Positions 38,230 through 48,034 are shown, counted from the first letter of the stretch. The stretch: 64,000 nt of DNA from an uncultured Gammaproteobacteria bacterium (GCA_964519725.1 CAZFKS010000002.1:49325-113324), one strand, 5' to 3'. Notes: generated by a model from the letters alone, not told the origin. Made by a program: numbers and translations.

Positions 38230-38260
38230 TAAAAAATCCGCCAACTGGCGGATTTTTTTA
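38230..38260. terminator. Bidirectional rho-independent terminator.
   Basis: aaaaaATCCGCCaactGGCGGATttttttta, flanked by A-run and T-run. Serves the convergent gene 38262..38951 (-). Confidence 0.75.
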
Positions 38261-38261
38261 A

Positions 38262-38951
38262 TTACTTTTTTCGAACAATACAGACGGGGGTTTGTTCAGA
38301 AGCTTGACCCAATGGGTTGTCTTTGAAAATTGCTGCCAAAATTTCAGTTGGAAATTTTTTATCTGACCGGCCTAAAATATTTACCCCTAGATCATTAGCA
38401 TCAATAATCACCACGTCAAAACCAGTATCAGACTTTAACTTGGCGGCCACTTTATCTGGATCTTTTGGACCGAGTTTGGCGTATTTATTATATGGCGGCA
38501 AAGTGTAGTCACACGGGCCATCAATGGCCGCAACGGTCCGCCCAACCACGCGGTAAAACATACCTTTTATGCCAAAGGGTTTGAAAAGTAGGTGTACAAA
38601 AATGCCCAGAAAAATTCGCGCATACCCAATTTCATTAATGGCCAGTTGCATGGTCCAGGGACTGCCCAGGCCAATTCCGTATGGAGATTTGTAAACTTTA
38701 GAAGATAAAAAAGTGGCCATTTTACTGACCTTAATTTCCGCAATTGGATAAGAGCGGCCCTGAGAAATGGCCACAATTTTTTCACTCATGAAAATTAAGT
38801 CACCAGGCTGTGCGTGCGGCAAAGCATACTGACGCAAAATCTCAGTTAAATTATCACCAATTTTAATGACATGGGTTTTAACGGGATACCGTTCGTATAT
38901 CGCATCACCAACTTTGATTTCTAAATTTTTGCCTGGGTTTGGGCTGAGCAT
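38262..38951 (-). CDS. CofE-like (F420-0:gamma-glutamyl ligase family) protein, putative.
   Basis: FMSEKIVAISQGRSYP resembles the CofE (S)SK(V/I)VSKAEGR motif. About 230 aa. Uncertain. Confidence 0.35.
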   Translation of the reverse strand: MLSPNPGKNLEIKVGDAIYERYPVKTHVIKIGDNLTEILRQYALPHAQPGDLIFMSEKIVAISQGRSYPIAEIKVSKMATFLSSKVYKSPYGIGLGSPWTMQLAINEIGYARIFLGIFVHLLFKPFGIKGMFYRVVGRTVAAIDGPCDYTLPPYNKYAKLGPKDPDKVAAKLKSDTGFDVVIIDANDLGVNILGRSDKKFPTEILAAIFKDNPLGQASEQTPVCIVRKK

Positions 38952-38953
38952 AC

Positions 38954-39268
38954 TTATTTTGCTGCACGTTGTAATTGTTTGATTTCCTCTGTGTGTTTTT
39001 CCAAGATATTACTGTGTTCACGCAACCGATGGCTGTGCATGGTTTGTTCCTGATCAGATTTCATATGCGCACAAGTTAGCCCATCAACTAGTGCTAAAAT
39101 TTCATTCTTATCTTGTTTAGTCATCATGTTTTCTTTTATCTCTTTGACATCAGTTCGCAGTTCAACAATAGCGATAGCAAAATTATCCATGATCTCCTCA
39201 TGGGTTTGCTGTTTAGTGTCAATTTCATTAATTTTTTTCCAGGCCTCAGCCAGGGTGATCTTAGTCAT
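38954..39268 (-). CDS. Hypothetical coiled-coil protein, 104 aa.
   Basis: Charged heptad-like sequence. No motif recognised. Confidence 0.3.
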   Translation of the reverse strand: MTKITLAEAWKKINEIDTKQQTHEEIMDNFAIAIVELRTDVKEIKENMMTKQDKNEILALVDGLTCAHMKSDQEQTMHSHRLREHSNILEKHTEEIKQLQRAAK

Positions 39269-39434
39269 ACTCCGCTCCTTGAAGTTAATAATAAGTACTA
39301 GTTATTTTACTCTGTTTTTACGCTTTTGTCAATGTAAATTTTTGCGCTAAATATGCACGCTTTGGGTTGACAAAAGACTTAAAAAATGATTTAAGTGGCG
39401 CATCGGTTGGCGGGTTCCGCCTATAGGAGTGCAG

Positions 39435-39497
39435 ATGAACAAGACGATTGTGGTCGAGTTTTTCCTGATCGGGGGAGGAAACGACGAAGACCTGTGA
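39435..39497 (+). CDS. Unannotated 20-aa leader-like ORF (MNKTIVVEFFLIGGGNDEDL) at the start of a GC-rich structured island.
   Basis: SD TAGGAG 5 nt upstream. Promoter-like TTGACA(39368)...TTTAAGT upstream. Followed by ~250 nt GC-rich sequence with mutually overlapping, non-credible ORFs. Confidence 0.3.
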   Translation: MNKTIVVEFFLIGGGNDEDL

Positions 39498-39747
39498 AGG
39501 CGTGGACGATTTCGACGATCCGTGCCTCCTGCCGGCCAAATACGCTGCCAAGTACAGGGACATGGAAAAAACATGTTGTGTACGTGAGCAGTGTGGAGAG
39601 CAGGTGGGTGCTTCTCTGCTCCTCACAGCGGTGTCGCGGCGGGTCCCAATCGGGAGACTTCCTGCGCCCAAGAAGGGTACGTCTACCTGACCGAGAGTTC
39701 GGCGACCCCATGCCCGTCCGGGTGTGCGTGGTCGCCGAGCGTCTCAC

Positions 39748-40599
39748 TTAATCCATTCTTTCCACCCAGTGGCGATCAAGTTCAACTTCAAGTTCTAGGA
39801 AAATTTTTGTGTTCAAAGCCTGCTCTAATTCGCGGCGCGCCATTTGTCCAATTTCTTTGATCCGACTGCCGCGTTCACCAATAATAATTCGTTTGTAACG
39901 TTCTTCGTCTGTTAAAATTTTGGCCGTAATTACCATTAAGCCATCTTTTTCTTCAATGTTTTCTGTTTCAACGGTAATTGAATACGGCACTTCTTTGTCT
40001 AACACGGAAAAAACTTTTTCACGAATCAATTCTGAGACCCAGAAATAATTGTGAACATTGGTCAGTTGTCCTTCTGGATACACCGGATCACCTTCTGGTA
40101 ACAAGCTCACAATTTTTTGTTTGAGCGGATCAATGTGACTGCCGCGGAGAGCTGACAGGGCATACACGGCATTGAAATCTCGGCCCATGGCCTCGTACTC
40201 AGCTTGGTGTTTGCGTTCATCTTGCGGTAAATCGCTTTTGTTAATGACTAGTACTTTTGGGGTTTGTAAGTGGCGAATTAAACCAAAGGTAAACCGTTCT
40301 TCAGCCCCAATTTCCCGGGTTGGGTCAACTACATAAATAATAACATCCACGCCGTCCAAAGCTTCTTGGGCTTTGTTAATTAATTTGGCCGTAAGTGAAC
40401 TTTTTTTATCTTTAAAAATTCCGGGGGTATCAACAAAAACTACCTGGCCTTCAGGGGTATTAGTGACGCCGTGAATAATGTCCCGAGTCATTTGCGCGCG
40501 AAAACTAGTGGCCGCAATTTTGGTGCCCACAAGTGTGTTAAGAAGGGTCGATTTACCGACATTAGACCGGCCAATCAAAATGGCAAAGCCAGATTTCAT
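39748..40599 (-). CDS. era: GTPase Era.
   Basis: G1 GRSNVGKST, G3 DTPG, G4 NKSD, C-terminal KH domain (VITAKILTDEERYKRIIIGERGSRIKEIG). Confidence 0.9.
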   Translation of the reverse strand: MKSGFAILIGRSNVGKSTLLNTLVGTKIAATSFRAQMTRDIIHGVTNTPEGQVVFVDTPGIFKDKKSSLTAKLINKAQEALDGVDVIIYVVDPTREIGAEERFTFGLIRHLQTPKVLVINKSDLPQDERKHQAEYEAMGRDFNAVYALSALRGSHIDPLKQKIVSLLPEGDPVYPEGQLTNVHNYFWVSELIREKVFSVLDKEVPYSITVETENIEEKDGLMVITAKILTDEERYKRIIIGERGSRIKEIGQMARRELEQALNTKIFLELEVELDRHWVERMD

Positions 40600-40670
40600 A
40601 GAGTATAGGATTTACGGGTAGTTTAGCGCATTCTTGCCTTTTTTTCAACCCCTTGCTACTATGGGTTTAT

Positions 40671-41117
40671 ATGAAGGTAATCTTCCTAGCTGATGTCAAA
40701 GGAACCGCGAAAAAAGGCGAAATTAAAGAGGTTTCGGATGGTTTTGCGCGGAATTTTTTGTTTAAAGGAAATTTAGCCAAACCAGCCACGGCTGGGGCCG
40801 TGAGCGAGCTAAACGCCATGGCTGCCCGCAAGCAAAAAGATGATGAGGCTGAATTACGGCGGTTTCAGCGCGAGGCGGCCCGGCTCGATGGCCAAGAAGT
40901 CTATGTGGTAGAAAAAACAACGGCCGAAGGCAAGCTCTATGCCGCAGTTACAGGCACACACCTGGCCGCAGCGATCAAGAGTCAGATTGGGGCTGTGGTT
41001 GATCCCAAAATTATCAAGACCATAAAACCAATTAAAACCCTCGGCACCCACACTTTTATTGTCAGCTTTCCACACGGGCTCGACGCTGAGCTAACTGTTA
41101 CTGTCTCTGACACCTAA
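40671..41117 (+). CDS. rplI: 50S ribosomal protein L9.
   Basis: [30 protein letters not shown] is the canonical L9 N-domain. About 149 aa. Confidence 0.85.
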   Translation: MKVIFLADVKGTAKKGEIKEVSDGFARNFLFKGNLAKPATAGAVSELNAMAARKQKDDEAELRRFQREAARLDGQEVYVVEKTTAEGKLYAAVTGTHLAAAIKSQIGAVVDPKIIKTIKPIKTLGTHTFIVSFPHGLDAELTVTVSDT

Positions 41118-41133
41118 TAATCCACTGTCCCTA

Positions 41134-42522
41134 GTGGATTTTTTAATTATGAAAATTTGGCCAATAATTAAAGCGCAAAAAAATATTTTGGGAATTGGGC
41201 TGCTCGCGCTCATTATTTTTTTACTGACTTGGCATGGTTTTTTTACTGGATATGAAAAAGAAACTTGGGAATCGGCTGAGGCGTGGATGAGCGGTAGTTA
41301 TACAGTGCGGCGTGGTGGGCCAGTGGCGGTTCTAATGTATCTGCCGTTTGTATTTTTGGCGCGGATAATTCCTGCGCTTCATACTGAAAGATTTTTTACG
41401 TTAGTGCCAGTGATTTATTCGGCCGTGCAAGTAATGGTGTTGTATGTAATTGCGAAGAAAATTGGGGTAGCAGAAAAGACCGCGGGCATTTGGGCCCTGC
41501 TGACTACACTTGCGTGCGGAGTGTGGGTGTATGCTAATGCGGGAATGGAATATCAGGCGGGTTTGTGGATTAGTGTTTTAGTTTTAACCTTTCTTAATTG
41601 GCAAGAAAAAAAGGGGCTGGCGTGGTTGCCATCACTGGCCATGGCCGGGGTGCTTGGTACTAAAGCCTACATGGTTGCACTAGGTTTACCATATTTAATA
41701 TTTTTTGCAGTTACTTTTTACAATCGAGGTGAGCGCCGTAAATTTTGGTCAATTAAATTTTTAATTAGCGCTGGCCTCATTCCTGGTTTATTTTTAGCTT
41801 TAAATTTACTGATTAATTGGTATTTGTACGGTCGGTTATCCGGGTCATACCGCGCTGGTGGTGAATTTCAAATTTGGGAATGGTGGGAGGGTTTTTACGG
41901 GATTTTTTTCTCAGCTAGTAAAAATATTTTTCTGTACGCGCCACTGTTAATTCCAACTTTTTGGCTGTGGCCAAAATTTTATCAAGAGCAAAAAAGCCTG
42001 GCCTGGTTTGTGATTGCTAGTACTATTTTATTAGGGGTAATTAATTTACCATTTAGTTACTGGACTGATGAAACCTGGGGTGTACGAAAATTCATACCAA
42101 TCCTACCCCTTTTACATTTGCCCCTATTATTTTTGGTTAGAGACTGGACGCAAAAAAATAGGTTTAAAAAAGTAGTGATAATTGGCTTATTAACCATGGC
42201 TCTGTACATTAATTTTTTAGGTGCGGCCTACACCTATAGTCGCCAGTTATTTTTAGCGCGGCAAGCCGGGATTGATTCACTGACCACCATGCGCTACTTG
42301 CCGCAGTGGTCACATCCGGTTTTATTTCACCAATTGTTTAGCTCATATTTAAGTCAGTTGGTGAGTGGCCAAGACAAGGTAAAGACGTACCATGAGAGTA
42401 CCTGGATGCGCTGGTTAGAGCCGGGAAATTATGATATAATCGTGCGGAATGTACGGCTCCCGCTTGGGGAATATGATGAGCCATCAATTTTTTGGATTCA
42501 TTACTTTTTTAATAATAATTAA
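41134..42522 (+). CDS. Polytopic membrane protein, possible GT-C/ArnT-like glycosyltransferase (hypothetical).
   Basis: About 12 TM helices with Trp/Tyr-rich loops. No definitive motif. Confidence 0.3.
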   Translation: MDFLIMKIWPIIKAQKNILGIGLLALIIFLLTWHGFFTGYEKETWESAEAWMSGSYTVRRGGPVAVLMYLPFVFLARIIPALHTERFFTLVPVIYSAVQVMVLYVIAKKIGVAEKTAGIWALLTTLACGVWVYANAGMEYQAGLWISVLVLTFLNWQEKKGLAWLPSLAMAGVLGTKAYMVALGLPYLIFFAVTFYNRGERRKFWSIKFLISAGLIPGLFLALNLLINWYLYGRLSGSYRAGGEFQIWEWWEGFYGIFFSASKNIFLYAPLLIPTFWLWPKFYQEQKSLAWFVIASTILLGVINLPFSYWTDETWGVRKFIPILPLLHLPLLFLVRDWTQKNRFKKVVIIGLLTMALYINFLGAAYTYSRQLFLARQAGIDSLTTMRYLPQWSHPVLFHQLFSSYLSQLVSGQDKVKTYHESTWMRWLEPGNYDIIVRNVRLPLGEYDEPSIFWIHYFFNNN

Positions 42523-42527
42523 TACCT

Positions 42528-44156
42528 ATGGCTAAAAAAACTCCCAAATTTATTTTCGTGGTTGGTGGTGTTTTGTCTGGAGTGGGGAAGGGTGTAACGA
42601 CTGCTTCCTTGGGGGCAATTTTTAAAGCTAAAGGTCTTAAGGTTACGGCTCTCAAAGCTGATCCGTACATTAATGTGGATGCTGGGACCATGAATCCAAT
42701 TGAACACGGTGAGGTATTTGTCACTGATGATGGTGATGAAACTGACCAAGACATGGGGAATTATGAACGGTTTTTAGATGTTGATTTGAGTAGTAATGAT
42801 TACATGACCACAGGCCGGGTGTATCAAAGCGTAATTGATAATGAACGAGCCATGAAATACAAAGGGCGGTGTGTGCAAGTAGTGCCTCATATTCCTGAGG
42901 AAATTATTCGTCGGATTAAAACTGCAGCGATGAATCATAAAGCCGATGTAACGATTGTAGAAGTGGGTGGAACGGTAGGTGAGTATGAAAATATTTTATT
43001 CCTCGAAGCCGCGCGGATGATGAAGTTGGAAACTCCAGCTGATGTGGCGTTTGTGCTGGTTTCTTATTTACCAACCCCATCACATTTGGGCGAAATGAAA
43101 ACCAAACCAACGCAACACGCGGCCCGCGCACTAAATAGTGTAGGTATTAATGCGGATATTATTATTGCACGTGGCCAACATGAACTGGATCAGCCGCGCC
43201 TAGAAAAATTGGCAGTATTTTGTGGAGTAAAACCAGAAAATTGTATTTCGGCGCCTGATGTGCCATCAATTTATCGCATTCCACTAGTATTAGAAGAACA
43301 AAAATTAGGTAATAAATTACTACAGATTTTGGGACTCAAAGCTTTACCAACCAAACTAAAACCCTGGACTGACTTTGTTTCTAAAATTGAACATTCTAAA
43401 AAAGAAGTTAAGGTTGCAGTGGTGGGAAAATATTTTGCGACCGGTGATTTTACTTTGGCTGATTCATATCACTCAGTGATTGAGGCCATTAAACACGCGG
43501 CCTGGTTCCACAATCGCAAACCAGTTTTGACCTGGATTGATTCAGAAGATTTTGAACGTGACCCAAAATCTGTAAGTAAACTGAAAAATTTTGATGGGTT
43601 AATTGTACCAGGTGGTTTTGGTACGCGTGGCATTGAGGGAATTATTACGGCGATTAAATTTGCGCGCGAAAGTAAAATGCCATATCTGGGAATTTGTTAT
43701 GGTATGCAGCTCGCTTCAATTGAATTTGCCCGGAATGTTTTGGGCAAGAAAAAAGCCCACACGGTTGAAGTTGATCAAAAAACGCCTGATCCAATTATTC
43801 ATATTAATCCGCAACAAGCAAAAAATGTGAGCGCGAATCGTTACGGGGGGACTATGCGTCTTGGGGCCTATGAGGCTAAGCTCAAAAAAGGCAGTAAAAT
43901 TCGGGCCGCTTATGGTGCGGACGTGGTTTCAGAACGTCACCGTCATCGCTATGAATTTAATAATGATTACCGGGAAATGATTGATAAAGCGGGCCTCGAA
44001 ATTGTGGGGGTTAATCCAGATACGGATTTAGTCGAAATGATTGAACTTAAAAATCATCCATATTTTGTGGGTACGCAATCACATCCAGAATTTAAATCTC
44101 GGCCAATGCGTCCACACCCATTATTCCGTGAATTTATCAAAGCGGCGATTAAATAG
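42528..44156 (+). CDS. pyrG: CTP synthase.
   Basis: FVVGGVLSGVGKG..ASLGAI, DPYINVDAGTMNP, and GATase domain with GICYGMQ catalytic Cys and HPEF. Confidence 0.95.
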   Translation: MAKKTPKFIFVVGGVLSGVGKGVTTASLGAIFKAKGLKVTALKADPYINVDAGTMNPIEHGEVFVTDDGDETDQDMGNYERFLDVDLSSNDYMTTGRVYQSVIDNERAMKYKGRCVQVVPHIPEEIIRRIKTAAMNHKADVTIVEVGGTVGEYENILFLEAARMMKLETPADVAFVLVSYLPTPSHLGEMKTKPTQHAARALNSVGINADIIIARGQHELDQPRLEKLAVFCGVKPENCISAPDVPSIYRIPLVLEEQKLGNKLLQILGLKALPTKLKPWTDFVSKIEHSKKEVKVAVVGKYFATGDFTLADSYHSVIEAIKHAAWFHNRKPVLTWIDSEDFERDPKSVSKLKNFDGLIVPGGFGTRGIEGIITAIKFARESKMPYLGICYGMQLASIEFARNVLGKKKAHTVEVDQKTPDPIIHINPQQAKNVSANRYGGTMRLGAYEAKLKKGSKIRAAYGADVVSERHRHRYEFNNDYREMIDKAGLEIVGVNPDTDLVEMIELKNHPYFVGTQSHPEFKSRPMRPHPLFREFIKAAIK

Positions 44157-44173
44157 AAGTTTAAAAATAATAA

Positions 44174-44200
44174 TAAAACCCCTGAAAAGGGGTTTTATTA
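44174..44200 (+). terminator. Rho-independent terminator after pyrG.
   Basis: aaAACCCCtgaaaaGGGGTTttattatt. Confidence 0.75.
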
Positions 44201-44247
44201 TTGACTTTTTTTAAAAATTATATTATAAGATGTTTGAGGAGGTTGGC

Positions 44248-44643
44248 ATGGTTCTAGTTCTTATCATCCTGTTTCTGTTGGCTGTCGGCGCAAACTTGCT
44301 GGGGTACATTCTGATGGCCATTCCCTTCATTGCGAAGTTCGCGATGATGGCTGTGGCAGGTCTGATCTACGGGATCTTCATGTTCTTCAGCTCTGTCTTT
44401 GCCCTGTTCATGAAAGGAGAAGTTCAGGGTCGTCTAGATGTCCACCCGGACATTCAACCCGCTGAACCAGAGACGTTCATCGAGGTGCGCCCAGAGTGGC
44501 TGCACGAGGAAGGTGCTCCAGGAGATGTTCCAGAAAAAGGATCAGCTGCTCCGGATCTGAAGAGTACGATCATCGCGTTGAGCTGGATCATTCTGGGGCT
44601 GGGAGCCGTCACTGTGCTTCTAATGCTCTTCATTCACTCCTAG
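44248..44643 (+). CDS. GC-rich hypothetical membrane protein (~131 aa; 2 N-terminal and 1 C-terminal TM helices, acidic Pro-rich linker).
   Basis: Consensus SD GGAGG 5 nt before the ATG at 44248 (the track ORF starts at 44230). Promoter-like TTGACT..17 nt..TATAAG upstream. GC3-rich codons. Terminator downstream. Confidence 0.5.
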   Translation: MVLVLIILFLLAVGANLLGYILMAIPFIAKFAMMAVAGLIYGIFMFFSSVFALFMKGEVQGRLDVHPDIQPAEPETFIEVRPEWLHEEGAPGDVPEKGSAAPDLKSTIIALSWIILGLGAVTVLLMLFIHS

Positions 44644-44681
44644 GTTCGGGGTTTAGGCGGAGCACAAACAGAAAGGAGGTG

Positions 44682-44729
44682 CCGCTTAAATTTTTTAATG
44701 AAAATTAGAAAGTTTAAGCGGTTTTTTGC
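44682..44729 (+). terminator. Hairpin terminator after the GC-rich membrane ORF.
   Basis: CCGCTTAAA ... (22-nt loop) ... TTTAAGCGG followed by ttttttgcttt. Confidence 0.5.
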
Positions 44730-44763
44730 TTTATGAGGTAAAATTTGGTAGTGTAGGTCTACT

Positions 44764-45855
44764 ATGAAAGCTTCCAATTACACTATTTATTCGACAACTG
44801 AAGAAGCCTGGGACGCAATGCTTGGCGCAATTCAGGCTGCGGAAAAATCTATTTACTGGGAAGTGTACATGCTCGCTGACGATGAAACTGGGAATAAATT
44901 TTTTGAAGTGCTAAAAACCAAAGCTCAGGCCGGGGTGGATGTAAAATTGATTGTTGATTATTGGGGTAGTTTGGCTTTATCAAATAAAAAAATCACCGAA
45001 CTGCGCGCAGCGGGAATTGATATCCGACGGTTTGAGGATCGCAAACGTCACCACTTAATTTGGTGGGGATTCTTTTCATCACGCACCCACCGAAAAATTT
45101 TGATTATTGATGAAAAGGTTGGATTTATTGGTGGAGTAAACGTGCGTCACTTTATGAAAAATTGGCGCGACATTCACGTGCGGGTGGAAGGAAAAATTGT
45201 GCGATCGCTCTTGCGTTCATTTGCTAAGTCTTACATTATTTGTGGCGGCGATCGGGGAGCGGTTCGTCCGTTTTTGAAATACCGTTACCGGGTCATGAAA
45301 AGTCAATTTGATTTAGTGACTGATGAACCAGACACCAATAAATCATGGGTTAAAGACAATTATGTGCGGGCCTTAAATCGTGCGCGCGAACGAGTAATTT
45401 TATTTTCGCCATATTATTTTCCCGATCGGGATTTTTTGGCTGCGCTCTATGATGCCAAAAAACGTGGCGTGCGTTTAGATTTATTAATTCCACTCCGAAC
45501 TGATTTGCGCATTGCTACTTATGCCGCGTTTGCCTGGTTTGCGCTGATGCGTAAAATGGGTGTCAATGTGCACATTACGCCACACATGATGCATGGTAAG
45601 GGGATCGTAGTTGATGATAATTGGGCCATGATTGGGAGTAGTAATATTGACCAACCAAGTTTTTTTTACAATCATGAAGCGAATATTAGCAGCAAAGACC
45701 GCGGTTTTGTGGGTCAATTAAAAACAATTTTGGAAGGCTGGATTAAAGAAGCTGAGCCAGTGACTAAAAATTTAGAAAAGCGCAGCTGGTGGCGCAAAAC
45801 CAAAGAACGGCTAGCTCTAAAGCTATACCGGTGGTGGTTTGGAATTAAAGAATAG
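44764..45855 (+). CDS. Phospholipase D-family protein (cardiolipin synthase-like), two HKD motifs.
   Basis: HRKILIIDEKVGFIGGVN and HGKGIVVDDNWAMIGSSNID. Confidence 0.75.
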   Translation: MKASNYTIYSTTEEAWDAMLGAIQAAEKSIYWEVYMLADDETGNKFFEVLKTKAQAGVDVKLIVDYWGSLALSNKKITELRAAGIDIRRFEDRKRHHLIWWGFFSSRTHRKILIIDEKVGFIGGVNVRHFMKNWRDIHVRVEGKIVRSLLRSFAKSYIICGGDRGAVRPFLKYRYRVMKSQFDLVTDEPDTNKSWVKDNYVRALNRARERVILFSPYYFPDRDFLAALYDAKKRGVRLDLLIPLRTDLRIATYAAFAWFALMRKMGVNVHITPHMMHGKGIVVDDNWAMIGSSNIDQPSFFYNHEANISSKDRGFVGQLKTILEGWIKEAEPVTKNLEKRSWWRKTKERLALKLYRWWFGIKE

Positions 45856-46282
45856 AGCCAGAAATGGTACGGCCAGTTTCCGTGACTTCGAATTTCAATT
45901 CAGAATATTCATAATTATCCAGCACCAGCTGGATTTTAGCTGGCCATTCAACAACCACTAAAGTGTCTGGCTCACCCAAATAATCTTCAGCCCCAACAGT
46001 GATAATCTCATCTGGTGACTCAAGACGATACGCATCGATGTGGACCAAGGTTTTAATTCCTTGAATTACTACCGGCAATTCATACACATTCATGATCGCA
46101 AAAGTCGGACTAGTAATAGTTTTTTTAATTCCAAAGGCTTCAGCTAAACCTTTGGTAAACGTTGTTTTGCCAGCCCCAAGATCACCAGATAAAGCCAAAA
46201 TTTGCCCACCAGTTAATTTGGCAGCAACTTTTTTGGCTAGGGCCAAAGTCTCAGCTTCGGTTTTAATAATTACGTCAGACAT
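45845..46282 (-). CDS. tsaE: tRNA threonylcarbamoyladenosine biosynthesis protein TsaE.
   Basis: LSGDLGAGKTTFTKGLAEAFGI P-loop motif typical of TsaE/YjeE. Start moved to an internal Met so the gene is ~146 aa and abuts glyA. Confidence 0.75.
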   Translation of the reverse strand: MSDVIIKTEAETLALAKKVAAKLTGGQILALSGDLGAGKTTFTKGLAEAFGIKKTITSPTFAIMNVYELPVVIQGIKTLVHIDAYRLESPDEIITVGAEDYLGEPDTLVVVEWPAKIQLVLDNYEYSELKFEVTETGRTISGSIL

Positions 46283-46283
46283 G

Positions 46284-47555
46284 TTAGCGAGGAAGCGGGA
46301 AGCTCTGACATAGGTCAGTAACTTCACTGTGAATTTTACTGAGTTCACTTTCATTCTCAACATTCGCAAGTGCACGGTCAATAAATCCGGCCACAATTTT
46401 CATTTCCGCTTCTTTCATGCCGCGGGTGGTGAGAGCTGGTGTACCAAGCCGAATTCCAGATGGGTCAAATGGTGAGCGCGGATCAAATGGCACTGTGTTT
46501 TTATTGACTGTAATCCCGGCTTTGGCCAGTGCACTTTCCGCAATTTTCCCTGGAATATTTTTATTGGTCAAATTAATCAACATCAGGTGAGTGTCAGTGC
46601 CACCAGTCACAATTTCAAAACCTTTACTCATCAGCTCGCTGGCCAAAGTTTTGGCATTCGTTATAATTTGCTGCGCGTACACTTTGAACTCTGGTTGCAT
46701 AGCTTCTTTGAGTGCCACGGCAATGGCGGCCGTTTGGTGATTGTGTGGGCCACCTTGTAATCCCGGAATAATCGCGCGGTCAATTAGTGACGGCAAATTT
46801 TCACGCGTGCGCTCCACTTTTTTAGTTGGTGTACTTGGTAGACCATTACACAGAATCATGGCGCCGCGTGGACCACGAAGTGTTTTGTGAGTAGTGGTGG
46901 TCACAACATCAGCAATGCCAACTGGATTTGGGTGCACGCCACCAGCCACCAGCCCAGCCACATGGCTCATGTCCGCGAGCATATAGGCGCCTACTTCGTC
47001 TGCAATTTCTTTGTACGTGGCCCAATCATACTGGCGAGAATACGCGCTGCCACCAGTGACTAAAATCTTTGGTTTAAATTCATGAGCCATGGCCCGCATT
47101 TTATCAATATCAATCAGACCATCAGGGGTGCAAGTGTACAAAACACTGTTGTAAAAGCGGCCAGAAAAATTTAATTTGAGGCCATGGGTCATGTGTCCGC
47201 CGTGATACAAATCAAGGCCCATGAGCGTGTCGCCGGGATCTAGGAGCGCAAAATAAACTGCAATGTTAGCCGGACAACCTGAGTGTGGTTGGACATTCGC
47301 ATGCGTCGCGCCAAATAATTCTTTGGCCCGGTCGCGGGCTAAATTTTCCACAACATCAACATTTTCACAACCACCATAGTAGCGCATGCCTGGGTAACCT
47401 TCGGAATATTTGTCAGTGAGCCGTGAGCCAAGGGCTTCCAGTACAGCGCCAGAGGTGTGATTTTCTGATGGAATCATTTCGAGGCCTTCACTTTGGCGGG
47501 TAATTTCTTTTTGAATCAGGTTAAAAATATCTGGGTCTTGGGTTTGTAGGGCCAT
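46284..47555 (-). CDS. glyA: Serine hydroxymethyltransferase.
   Basis: PSENHTS, GYPGMRYYGGCE, GGHMTHG, TTTTHKTLRGPRG PLP-Lys motif. Confidence 0.95.
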   Translation of the reverse strand: MALQTQDPDIFNLIQKEITRQSEGLEMIPSENHTSGAVLEALGSRLTDKYSEGYPGMRYYGGCENVDVVENLARDRAKELFGATHANVQPHSGCPANIAVYFALLDPGDTLMGLDLYHGGHMTHGLKLNFSGRFYNSVLYTCTPDGLIDIDKMRAMAHEFKPKILVTGGSAYSRQYDWATYKEIADEVGAYMLADMSHVAGLVAGGVHPNPVGIADVVTTTTHKTLRGPRGAMILCNGLPSTPTKKVERTRENLPSLIDRAIIPGLQGGPHNHQTAAIAVALKEAMQPEFKVYAQQIITNAKTLASELMSKGFEIVTGGTDTHLMLINLTNKNIPGKIAESALAKAGITVNKNTVPFDPRSPFDPSGIRLGTPALTTRGMKEAEMKIVAGFIDRALANVENESELSKIHSEVTDLCQSFPLPR

Positions 47556-47623
47556 ATTTTTTGAGATAATAAAAAAGAGTTTGGTTTACTTTGATATTTA
47601 TTTAAATTCGAGTGACTCAAAAA

Positions 47624-48034
47624 TCATAGTAGATCTTTGGTAATCTCAATAACATTTGGGGCGGTGTTGGGTGGTAATTGATTGAGTGGAAACCAACCCC
47701 ATTCGAGAGTCTCGGGTCCTGGTGTAATTTCACCAATTCGTTCAGCCAAAAAATGTGCTAAAATCGCGAGCTTACTTGCATCATCAGGTCGTTTCACAAT
47801 TAACGTGCGAAGTGGTTTGATAATCTTAATGGCAATACCCAATTCTTCCTGGGCTTCACGCGTACAGTTTTCTTCCAAGCTCGTACTAAAATCATCAACC
47901 GTTCCGCCGGGAAACATCCAAAAATTAGCTCCGTTGCCTTCAGTTTCAAATTCGCGGTTTAGTAAAACTTGGCCATTTTCTATAATGACTGGACCGGCAG
48001 CAATAATGGTGTTTGGGGGTAGGTACATAAACAA
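47624..48034 (-). CDS. NUDIX hydrolase.
   Basis: Nudix box GGTVDDFSTSLEENCTREAQEELGI. Confidence 0.8.
   Translation of the reverse strand: MFMYLPPNTIIAAGPVIIENGQVLLNREFETEGNGANFWMFPGGTVDDFSTSLEENCTREAQEELGIAIKIIKPLRTLIVKRPDDASKLAILAHFLAERIGEITPGPETLEWGWFPLNQLPPNTAPNVIEITKDLL

Noticed and set aside
39318-39751. Three long mutually overlapping ORFs in island C (39318..39671 -, 39395..39751 +, 39421..39747 -).
   Set aside because: They overlap each other on both strands and are Arg/Ser/Cys-rich, as expected from translating GC-rich non-coding DNA. No SD or start context. The segment is treated as structured/non-coding apart from the short SD-preceded 20-aa ORF.
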